Part shown: piece by piece, positions 9,392-16,595 of the stretch
How positions within the stretch are numbered: position 1 is the stretch's first letter
How the letters are laid out: each line of letters opens with the position of its first letter
Origin: Methanomassiliicoccales archaeon
GTDB lineage: Archaea > Thermoplasmatota > Thermoplasmata > Methanomassiliicoccales > UBA472
Assembly: GCA_050014375.1 (NCBI GenBank)
Contig: JBEKDM010000002.1
Coordinates: 1 to 41,705 of the forward strand
Direction: 5' to 3'
DNA: 41,705 bases
The notes under the pieces: model-generated
What the model saw: the letters and a program-made list of their open reading frames with translations, nothing else
What the model was told of the DNA's origin: nothing
Database searches by the model: none
Translations under genes and position numbers: made by a program

Positions 9392-10378
9392 TCATGCGAG
9401 CCGTTCAGGGCAATTGTCCCGACGGGAACATCCAGCGCACTTGCCGACTCGATTATGGTTACGGTGAACCTCTCCGCTCTTCATCAGTGCCCGCATCTCC
9501 GCGAGCTTGCCAAGCAGGAGGTTCTCGAGCTCATCGTCGAACTCGATCTCGTGTTCGACATCTCCATATTTCAAGATGCCCCGCGAAACACGCTTACCGT
9601 TCTCGTCGCTAAGCAACAGACAGTAGGCCCCGATCTGAAGTATATGCGAAAAAAGCGGCCCCCGCGGTTGCCTACCAGTCTTTAGATCGACCGGGATCAG
9701 TTCGGTGCCTACCATCAAGATGTAGTCCGGGCGTCCGGTCAGCTTGTACTTCTCTGAGATCAGCAGCCTCTGATCGTCCGTGCCGACGTACAGGACCTTA
9801 CCATCCACATTAACCTGGCGGCGCTTCTTCTTCGCTAGGCTCTCCGCCATGAGTGAATAGTAAAGCGCCATGCTGGCCCCCATTAGCCACATCAGGGCAA
9901 TGACCTCGAAAATGATGGCCACTTCCTGGTCGACCTGAAGCAGAGTTACGGCGTTCAGCGCCACCACCATGACCACCACGCCAGCGACCGCGATCAGCCG
10001 TTCCTTGCGGATGCCACCTTCGGCCGTAGCCGAGATGCTGTATACCAGTATCAGCACCGCCCCTACCCAGAATACCGACAGTAACGTCAATAGCCAGCGC
10101 CAGCCATTTATGTTCGCTGACTGCATGAGAACGAATCCGATGATGGCCATCAGGGTGGAGACCGCGGAGAACCAAAGTACCGCCCGCTCCCAGGAACCGG
10201 CCTTTTTCTCGCTGGTCATTATTGTCTTCAGGTCTTCGGATATCCTTTCGTGGTTCTTGGAGCCCTGTTTCAATGCATCTGAGCTGACCTTCGCTGTTCG
10301 TCCCTGCCACCAGCTGAGGGGGCAATAGCCGAAACGCTCAAGCTCGCTCGCTGAAATAAAGTCGGGGTCCACAATCAA
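9392..10378 (-). CDS. Cas4-family PD-(D/E)xK nuclease with 4-Cys Fe-S signature and an inserted four-helix transmembrane segment
   Basis: The Cas4 landmarks are ISASELERFGYCP (N-terminal Cys), GRPDYIL...IPVDLKTG (D...DxK), HILQIGAYCLLL (QxxxY) and C-terminal CAGCSRRDNC (CxxCx5C). About 115 hydrophobic residues (aa 65-178, four predicted helices) sit between the N-terminal Cys and the nuclease core. The start is TTG at 10378 or GTG at 10372. The stop abuts the glmS stop with no spacer (TGATCA). Confidence 0.7.
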   Translation of the reverse strand: MIVDPDFISASELERFGYCPLSWWQGRTAKVSSDALKQGSKNHERISEDLKTIMTSEKKAGSWERAVLWFSAVSTLMAIIGFVLMQSANINGWRWLLTLLSVFWVGAVLILVYSISATAEGGIRKERLIAVAGVVVMVVALNAVTLLQVDQEVAIIFEVIALMWLMGASMALYYSLMAESLAKKKRRQVNVDGKVLYVGTDDQRLLISEKYKLTGRPDYILMVGTELIPVDLKTGRQPRGPLFSHILQIGAYCLLLSDENGKRVSRGILKYGDVEHEIEFDDELENLLLGKLAEMRALMKSGEVHRNHNRVGKCAGCSRRDNCPERLA

Positions 10379-10414
10379 AAGAAGCGCTATGAATATTTGT
10401 CGATTGCCATCTGG

Positions 10415-11173
10415 TTAAGGCATCTTGCAAATTAGGCTGGTGATCGACGCATCGGTGATGTATATGCCCTCGGGCGGGGTGATCTCGTCCACGAACCCGA
10501 ACCAATAGATGACCACACCTTGACCGAAAAGTTCCAGGTATGGCTCGAGCTGTTTCTTCATGTTCTTGTTCACTTCGACCCTATCGCCGAAGGTGGCCTT
10601 CGATTCTATCCAATTGACTTCCCAGCCATTCACCTTGATGGGCTTGTCGAGCAGGCAATCAGGTGTTTTCGGAAATTCCCCGCGCAGGTCCTTTTCGGTC
10701 CTGTATGAGATGTTCTGGCCATCGAGCCAGCACTGTAGCTTTTCCTCTCCCCAGGTTCCGCGCTTATATTGCTTTTCGGTTGCCCAGGGGGAATAGACGA
10801 GATCCTCCTCAGAGATCTCGATGATTTGCTGCCTAAGGGAATCGTCGGTGATCGTATCCACGTTTCTGACCAGGTTCCAGAACTGTTTCTTGGACCGACC
10901 ACTCACCTGGTAGATCATCAATCCGGTCAAAATGGGAGAGAAGTTCCATTTCCTCGCCACCTCGAGAAGCGTCAATCCATGATTCCACTCGTAGACCAGC
11001 TTCTGAGCGTTTCTCTGAACCTTATAGAAGCTCTTGGTGGTCTCGCGGACCGTTCTTTGTGTGAAAATGACATCCAAGAGTTCTAGTTCAAGACCAAGCT
11101 CCTGGGAGAGTTTGGTGATGTCCGCCGGCTCATTTAGTCGGTCGTAAATCACCTTGAAATCAGTATGCTTCAT
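10415..11173 (-). CDS. CDIN1 (C15orf41)/TPD-motif family PD-(D/E)xK nuclease homolog with an N-terminal helical (HTH-like) region
   Basis: The C-terminal block is KTPDCLLDKPIKVNGWEVNWIESKATFGD...GQGVVIYWFGFVDEI. It carries the TPD motif, an ExK motif (IESK) and the IYW(F/Y)GF block that I recall from eukaryotic CDIN1. The start is ATG, with a TATA-like box about 40 nt upstream. Confidence 0.65.
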   Translation of the reverse strand: MKHTDFKVIYDRLNEPADITKLSQELGLELELLDVIFTQRTVRETTKSFYKVQRNAQKLVYEWNHGLTLLEVARKWNFSPILTGLMIYQVSGRSKKQFWNLVRNVDTITDDSLRQQIIEISEEDLVYSPWATEKQYKRGTWGEEKLQCWLDGQNISYRTEKDLRGEFPKTPDCLLDKPIKVNGWEVNWIESKATFGDRVEVNKNMKKQLEPYLELFGQGVVIYWFGFVDEITPPEGIYITDASITSLICKMP

Positions 11174-11206
11174 CAGTTCACACTTACTGTTCCTTCGTAC
11201 ATGGGA

Positions 11207-11220
11207 TTTAATATATAAAT
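11207..11220 (-). promoter_or_regulatory. TATA-like element (TTTAATATATAAAT) upstream of the nuclease gene pair
   Basis: This is an A/T-only 14-mer about 35-45 nt upstream of the ATG at 11173. It is near-palindromic, so its orientation is ambiguous. Confidence 0.35.
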
Positions 11221-11405
11221 CTATTGCAAATTAGATTAATATTGAGAACATCTGGATAGGTCAGAAACAGACAGGTCAATGCATTGTCTCTTGGGTCCAT
11301 TTCCGACCACCGGCCATTCGATACATTCATTATATCTGAATGCCTTTCGCAATTCATAGTCCAGTCCAATATCTGGACAAATGTCAGAGATGGGAGATAT
11401 AGATC

Positions 11406-12059
11406 ATGGCAGCATTACCGTACATGGCGAATCCGGTCGGCCCCCCGTGGCTTCCCGCAAGCGTCGCCGAGGCAAGAAAACTAGCTTATTGGGCCCAAGT
11501 TATCGCCGGAGTTCTGGCGGCACTGTTAATTATCGTAGGGATCGTCAACCTGTTGGTATGGGATAGTAGATTCCTAGGGATATTCTACATCGTGGATGCG
11601 ATCATCGCATTGGCATTGGCTGTCCTACTGAAGGGCATGCTGTTCGACATACTTGACCAGGGCAAGTTCAAGGAAGCGAGCGAACGCATGTTGATCCTCG
11701 GGATCGTTGGTCTTTTCGCGGCTGGAATCCCCGGAATTCTACTCATCCTCGGCTATGTCAGGATGCAGGAAGTGTTCCAGCCACAATATCAACAGTATCA
11801 CCCGCAAAATGCATCTGTAGCCCCACCGCAACAAGCCCAGCAGCAACAGGCGCCGGCCCAGCAGCAAACGTATCAGCAGCCCGCCCCGCAACAGGACCAG
11901 ATGCAGACCCTACGCGAGGGAATAAAGAACGACCAGGCTCAGGCCGAGCAGAAGAAGAAGGACCAGAAGACCGAAATGATAAAGTGCAACAAGTGTGGAG
12001 TTCAATTCCCCTCCTTCATGCATGCCTGCCCGAACTGCAACGAGCCAAAGTCAAGGTAA
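11406..12059 (+). CDS. Membrane protein (3 predicted TM helices) with a Q/P/A-rich linker and a C-terminal zinc ribbon
   Basis: The hydrophobic helices are LAYWAQVIAGVLAALLIIVGIVNLLVW, FLGIFYIVDAIIALALAVLL and MLILGIVGLFAAGIPGILLILGYV. A low-complexity stretch reads PQQAQQQQAPAQQQTYQQPAPQQ. The C-terminus is CNKCGVQFPSFMHACPNC. Confidence 0.6.
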   Translation: MAALPYMANPVGPPWLPASVAEARKLAYWAQVIAGVLAALLIIVGIVNLLVWDSRFLGIFYIVDAIIALALAVLLKGMLFDILDQGKFKEASERMLILGIVGLFAAGIPGILLILGYVRMQEVFQPQYQQYHPQNASVAPPQQAQQQQAPAQQQTYQQPAPQQDQMQTLREGIKNDQAQAEQKKKDQKTEMIKCNKCGVQFPSFMHACPNCNEPKSR

Positions 12060-12070
12060 TCAAACCCCTT

Positions 12071-12089
12071 CACCACCTTCTAGGTGGTG
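12071..12089. terminator. Perfect 7-bp stem / 5-nt loop hairpin between convergent genes, followed by a T-rich tract
   Basis: The sequence is CACCACC-TTCTA-GGTGGTG, read directly from the window. It spans the stop codon of the minus-strand gene (12080-12082). TCTTTATTCTT follows on the plus strand. Confidence 0.3.
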
Positions 12090-12382
12090 CCAGCATCTTT
12101 ATTCTTGAATTCTCTGATATCGAAGAGCACTTCTCCACCCCTTTCTATCAGGACGATCCGATGGTAAGGAATTTCACTATCGGCAGTGGAGAAGAAAGAG
12201 CGCCCCAGTAATGATATCTCCTCGGCGGGTATCGTCAGGGTGTTCCCCGGAGCCCCTCGGTGCACGAAGGTGACCCTGACCCCGTTCAGACTGCCGTCCT
12301 TCCATTTCAACCGGTTCAGTATCTCCCTCGGATAGGGCACGACAATTAATCGCACGTTTACGGCAAAAGCTTTTTCTGGCAT
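12080..12382 (-). CDS. DUF504/UPF0248-like small protein (MJ1316-type RNA end-recognition domain family)
   Basis: It has REILNRLKW near the N-terminus and IPYHRIV near the C-terminus, as in archaeal DUF504 proteins. I chose the internal ATG at 12382. The longest ORF (to 12421) would overlap the ade start. Confidence 0.55.
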   Translation of the reverse strand: MPEKAFAVNVRLIVVPYPREILNRLKWKDGSLNGVRVTFVHRGAPGNTLTIPAEEISLLGRSFFSTADSEIPYHRIVLIERGGEVLFDIREFKNKDAGTT

Positions 12383-12401
12383 ACAATGCCTGCATTCTCC
12401 C

Positions 12402-14033
12402 ATGGATGTCAGGTCGGTCACAGGTAACTTCGTCGATGTCGTTTCGGGGAAGATATTCCCAGCGAAGCTGTCTTATGCAGACGGAAAAGTGCTGGCTGTT
12501 GAAAAATTGGACTTGGCACCATCACAATTCATTCTTCCCGGTTTCATCGATTCACATATCCATATTGAATCTTCACAGCTCACCCCGTCCCGTTTCGCGG
12601 AGGCGGTCGTACCGCATGGGACCACGGCAACAGTTTCTGACCCGCACGAGATCGGCAACGTGATGGGCATGGACGGCATCCGTTACATGGTCCAAGATTC
12701 CGAATCCGTTCCATTGCGAATCTTCTACACCGCTCCGTCATGCGTTCCCGCGACCACTTTCGAAACGGCCGGAGCCAGGATCGATAAGGACCAGGTCGAG
12801 AAATTACTGGCCATGAAGCAGTTCGTGGCGTTGGGCGAGGTCATGAACTACATGGGCGTGATAAACGAGGAACCGGAGGTCATGGGCAAGATCAAGGTAG
12901 CACATGCTCTCTGGAAGCCGATCGACGGTCACAGCCCGGGGCTGGTCGGGCCCGACCTGGTCAAGTATATCAACGCCGGGATCAAGACCGACCATGAATG
13001 CCTCACATCCGACGAGGCGGAAGAGAAATTCCACCTAGGAATGTGGGTGATGGTCAGAGAGGGGAGCACGGAAAAGAACATGCGGGACCTGATGCCGTTC
13101 GCCAAGGCCAACGAGTGCTTCCTGGTAAGCGATGACCTCCGGGCGATCGACCTGATGAGAGGACATGTGGATGTGTTGTTGGAAAAGGCGGTATCCATGG
13201 GAATGGACCCAGTTCACGCCATCAGGGCGGTGACGGCGTGGCCCGCCTGGCACTATTACCTGCCAGGTGGTGTCCTGAGCGCTGGCAAAACAGCGGACTT
13301 CGTCATCGTGGACGACCTGAAGCACTTCAAAGTGAGGGAGGTCTACATCGCCGGCGAACTTGTGGCCAAGGAAGGCAAGGCGCTGTTTGAGGTGAAGCCG
13401 TTGAAGGCCCCTTTGGCGATACTCAAACAGAATCGGAAACCAATGGAGTTCGAAATAGCTGCCAGCGGTTCAAGCGCCAAGGTAAGGGTGATCCGGGTCA
13501 TACCGGACGAGATCGAGAGCCGGGCTGAGACGGCCATTCTCAAGGTCAGCAACGACATTGTCCGCCCCGAACCCTCAAAGGGTATCAACCTGATAACCGT
13601 TGTCAACAGGTACAACGAGGCACCGGCATCTGTCGCCTTTGTGTCTGGGTTTGATCTCAAGCGAGGGGCGCTGGCCTCTACGGTGGCGCATGATTCTCAT
13701 AACATCATCGCGGTCGGCGCGGATGCGGTCTCGTTGGCGGACGCAGTGAACAGTGTCTCCGAGCAGGGTGGATATTACGTCACTGATGGGGACAGGAACG
13801 AGTCCATGCACCTCCCGATCGCCGGCCTGATGAGCACCGACCCTTGTCACGTGGTCGCCGAGCAAGAGATCAGGGCGGTGCATATGGCGCATTCCATGGG
13901 ATGCGGCCTCCCTGCTCCGTTCATGACCCTCAGCTTCCAAGCGTTGCTGGTAGTACCGGAGCTCAAGCTCTCTGACAAGGGCCTCTATGATTCCAAACGT
14001 AGGGCTTTTGTCGACATCGTTGTTAAGGAATGA
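12402..14033 (+). CDS. ade: Adenine deaminase (amidohydrolase superfamily)
   Basis: The metal-binding motif is LPGFIDSHIHIESS. The length (about 540 aa) and overall architecture fit Ade. It is adjacent to purine phosphoribosyltransferases. Confidence 0.85.
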   Translation: MDVRSVTGNFVDVVSGKIFPAKLSYADGKVLAVEKLDLAPSQFILPGFIDSHIHIESSQLTPSRFAEAVVPHGTTATVSDPHEIGNVMGMDGIRYMVQDSESVPLRIFYTAPSCVPATTFETAGARIDKDQVEKLLAMKQFVALGEVMNYMGVINEEPEVMGKIKVAHALWKPIDGHSPGLVGPDLVKYINAGIKTDHECLTSDEAEEKFHLGMWVMVREGSTEKNMRDLMPFAKANECFLVSDDLRAIDLMRGHVDVLLEKAVSMGMDPVHAIRAVTAWPAWHYYLPGGVLSAGKTADFVIVDDLKHFKVREVYIAGELVAKEGKALFEVKPLKAPLAILKQNRKPMEFEIAASGSSAKVRVIRVIPDEIESRAETAILKVSNDIVRPEPSKGINLITVVNRYNEAPASVAFVSGFDLKRGALASTVAHDSHNIIAVGADAVSLADAVNSVSEQGGYYVTDGDRNESMHLPIAGLMSTDPCHVVAEQEIRAVHMAHSMGCGLPAPFMTLSFQALLVVPELKLSDKGLYDSKRRAFVDIVVKE

Positions 14034-14139
14034 ACCGGCCAAGCCGAGCAAACTATTTTCCATGGGGATGCCGTTGCGGAGACAGCGAACATGCTGGCTC
14101 GAACACAGAACAGTGGCGGGCCCTAACCGAGGCGTTACT

Positions 14140-14802
14140 ATGGAGAAGGTTGAGAGCTTCCGATGCAAATTAGTGACCTGGGACGAGATCGCTCAGTGGA
14201 CCGAAACGGTGGCCAGGAAGATATCAGAGACCGGCTTCAAGCCCACCGTGGTCATCGGACTGACCCGAGGAGGTTGGGTCCCGGCCCGGCTCATCTGCGA
14301 TCACCTGAAGGTGAAGAAGCTGTATGCGGTGAAGACCGAGCATTGGGGGGTCACCGCGAACCAGGATGGGAAGGCACTGCTCACGCAGGAGCTGAGCATG
14401 GACATCGCCAACGACAATGTGCTGGTGGTCGATGATATCACCGACACCGGTGAAAGCCTGATCCTGGCCTTGGGACATCTGATGAAGATGAAGCCAAGGG
14501 ACCTGAAGAGCTCCACCCTTCTGCATATCGCTCACTCCAAGATCCAGCCCGATTACTTCTGCGTCCACGTGTCCAAGGAGGAATGGACCTGGTTCATATT
14601 CCCCTGGAACCTGCACGAGGACCTGCGGACCATCTTGCCCAAGACCCTCACCTTGGCCAGGAACGCAGAGGGAGTGCAGAAGGCGTTCAAAGACCAGTTC
14701 TCGGTCGATGTCCCCATGGACCTGGTCCAGGAAACGTTGCACGAGCTTAGCGCTGAGGGGCTCGTTCGCAAGGAAGGGGACGCCTGGACAAGAACGAGAT
14801 GA
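14140..14802 (+). CDS. Purine phosphoribosyltransferase of the COG2236 (xanthine/guanine PRT-like) type with a C-terminal extension
   Basis: It has the TWDEI...VVIGLTRGGWVPARL motif and the PRPP-binding loop VLVVDDITDTGESL. I placed the start at the ATG at 14140 (MEKVESF). The upstream part of the long ORF is Arg-rich and overlaps ade. Confidence 0.75.
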   Translation: MEKVESFRCKLVTWDEIAQWTETVARKISETGFKPTVVIGLTRGGWVPARLICDHLKVKKLYAVKTEHWGVTANQDGKALLTQELSMDIANDNVLVVDDITDTGESLILALGHLMKMKPRDLKSSTLLHIAHSKIQPDYFCVHVSKEEWTWFIFPWNLHEDLRTILPKTLTLARNAEGVQKAFKDQFSVDVPMDLVQETLHELSAEGLVRKEGDAWTRTR

Positions 14803-14817
14803 GTCTGGACCGGTCCA

Positions 14818-15123
14818 TCATAGCTCGATGAAGACCTCTTCTCCCTCGACCGTAACCGGATAGGTGTTGAGCTTTTTTGCCTGCATGTTGCGGAGCACAT
14901 CGCCGGTCCTCATGTCAAATTCCGCTCCATGCATCTTACACCGAACGACATACCCTTCTTTTACCCCCTTGGACAGGTCCTGGCTCATATGAGAGCAACG
15001 GCCCTCCATGGCGAAAGGTTCTCCATTCACCAGACCGAGGACGATCATCTTACCTTCCACTTCCACCTTTGTCAATGTCTCTTCCGAAAGGTCTGTAAGG
15101 GTAGCTATCTTGATGCGGGCCAT
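14818..15123 (-). CDS. Small Rieske-type [2Fe-2S] ferredoxin-like protein
   Basis: The Rieske ligand pattern is CSH-(16 aa)-CKMH, in a 101-aa protein. The ATG at 15123 is preferred over the TTG at 15171. Confidence 0.7.
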   Translation of the reverse strand: MARIKIATLTDLSEETLTKVEVEGKMIVLGLVNGEPFAMEGRCSHMSQDLSKGVKEGYVVRCKMHGAEFDMRTGDVLRNMQAKKLNTYPVTVEGEEVFIEL

Positions 15124-15203
15124 GACCTGAACAATCGATGGAACGAGGCCATAATCCTTTCGGAACGCCAATGGTCGCTCGATTATCTCAATTGCCTGAG
15201 TGG

Positions 15204-15211
15204 TTATAAAT
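15204..15211 (+). promoter_or_regulatory. TATA box (TTATAAAT) about 30 nt upstream of the hpt ATG
   Basis: It is centred about 29-30 nt from the ATG at 15237, implying a leaderless hpt mRNA. The reverse complement, TTTATAA, could also serve the divergent Rieske gene. Confidence 0.4.
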
Positions 15212-15236
15212 CGTCGGAACGTGGTTACTTTCGAAC

Positions 15237-15794
15237 ATGTTGGAGAACTTCAGGAGGAGCCTGGAGGCAGCACCCATCGTCAAGATGGGCGATTACGACT
15301 ACTTCGTTCACCCGGTCACAGATGGCATCCCGTTCATGGAAGCGTCGGTGATGAGGGAGATAATCGATCGGATGCAGAACGTGGGGGATTTCGATTGCGA
15401 CTACATTGTCGCGCCCGAGGCCATGGGCATACCGCTGGCGGTCCCGCTCTCGTTAAGGACGGGCATCCCGTACAATGTGGTGAGGAAGAGGCGCTACAAT
15501 CTTCCGGGAGAGGTAAGCGTCCATCAGGTCACCGGATATTCAACCAAGGAGATGTACATCAACGGCCTGAGGTCGGGGGACCGGGTGGTGATCGTCGATG
15601 ATGTCATTTCGACCGGAGGGACCTTACGCGCGCTCGTCCAGGCATTCCTGAAGATGGGTGTGAGGATCGTCGACATCATCGTCGTCGTCGAGAAAGGGGA
15701 CAAGAAGGAAGCCCTAGAGGCCGAGCTGAAGGTGAAGATCAAGACGCTGGTCAAGGTCGAGGTCAGGGACGGGAAGCTGGTCGTCCTGGATTAG
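15237..15794 (+). CDS. hpt: Hypoxanthine/guanine phosphoribosyltransferase (archaeal Hpt type)
   Basis: The N-terminus, SLEAAPIVKMGDYDYFVHPVTDGIP, is characteristic of archaeal Hpt. The PRPP loop is VVIVDDVISTGGTL. Confidence 0.85.
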   Translation: MLENFRRSLEAAPIVKMGDYDYFVHPVTDGIPFMEASVMREIIDRMQNVGDFDCDYIVAPEAMGIPLAVPLSLRTGIPYNVVRKRRYNLPGEVSVHQVTGYSTKEMYINGLRSGDRVVIVDDVISTGGTLRALVQAFLKMGVRIVDIIVVVEKGDKKEALEAELKVKIKTLVKVEVRDGKLVVLD

Positions 15795-15809
15795 TATGGC
15801 TTCAGAGCG

Positions 15810-16595
15810 TCACTTGATCAGTCTTCTCTTCATCATGAACACCGCCGTCAAGGTAAGTATGACGGCAAGTACGCCGATGTAGATGATGCTTATCACGCTG
15901 TTCACGGTGAACATGTTCAGGCACAGGTCGCGCGTCAGGGTGGTCACATGCGTGAGCGGCAGAGCGTACGCCCCGGCGGCAGCCCACGAGGGCAGCAGGG
16001 ACAATGGAAAGAACGTTCCGCTTAGCAGGAACATCGGCGTGATGAACAGGAAGAACGGGTAGTTGTAGGAGTCGATGTTGGGTACGATTGCCGTGAATAT
16101 CAAAGCCATCGAGGAGAACATCAGCCCGCCGAAGAACGCTATGAATGGGATCAGCAGCAGACCGGGGAAGCTCGCGGCTCCTACGACGATGATCACCAGC
16201 AGCACGATGCTGGCATTGATCATCGCCTTGGTCGCACCCCACAGTACCTCGCCCACGATGACGTCCTCGATCGACAGCGGCGTTGCGATCATGGCGTCGA
16301 ACGTCTTCTGGTAATGCATACGCACGAACGACCCGTAGGTGCATTCGTAGAAGGAGTTGTTCATGATCGATATGGCCACCAGGCCGGGGGCGAGGAAGGC
16401 CACATAGCTGATCTGCCTTCCCTCATAGGGCGGCAATGTGACCGCGGCCCCGAAACTGAAGCCCATCGCCAGCAGGTACAGCACAGGTTCGATGAACGGC
16501 GGCAGGAAGTTCGTCTTCCAGGTCTTCAGGAAAACGTCCTTGTTCCTCCTCCATGCGTCCCAGGAACGCCAGCTGATGTTTCCAACCAGGGTCAT
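15810..16595 (-). CDS. ABC-2 type exporter permease
   Basis: The protein is 261 aa with six predicted TM helices and the ABC-2 family N-terminus (WRRNKDVFLKTWKTNFLPPFIEP). Its ATG overlaps the ATPase stop (ATGA at 16592-16595). Confidence 0.8.
   Translation of the reverse strand: MTLVGNISWRSWDAWRRNKDVFLKTWKTNFLPPFIEPVLYLLAMGFSFGAAVTLPPYEGRQISYVAFLAPGLVAISIMNNSFYECTYGSFVRMHYQKTFDAMIATPLSIEDVIVGEVLWGATKAMINASIVLLVIIVVGAASFPGLLLIPFIAFFGGLMFSSMALIFTAIVPNIDSYNYPFFLFITPMFLLSGTFFPLSLLPSWAAAGAYALPLTHVTTLTRDLCLNMFTVNSVISIIYIGVLAVILTLTAVFMMKRRLIK

Noticed and set aside
9392-10378. Interpretation of the Cas4-like gene as part of a CRISPR-Cas locus
   Set aside because: No cas1, cas2, effector genes or repeat array occur anywhere in the window. 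I treat it as a solo Cas4-family nuclease.
13987-14139. N-terminal extension of the PRT ORF, overlapping the end of ade
   Set aside because: The extension is Arg-rich and unlike the family N-terminus. The ATG at 14140 gives the canonical start just before the TWDEI motif.
13575-14168. 197-aa minus-strand ORF antisense to the 3' end of ade
   Set aside because: It is Arg-rich and antisense to a conserved amidohydrolase. It also spans the ade/PRT spacer.
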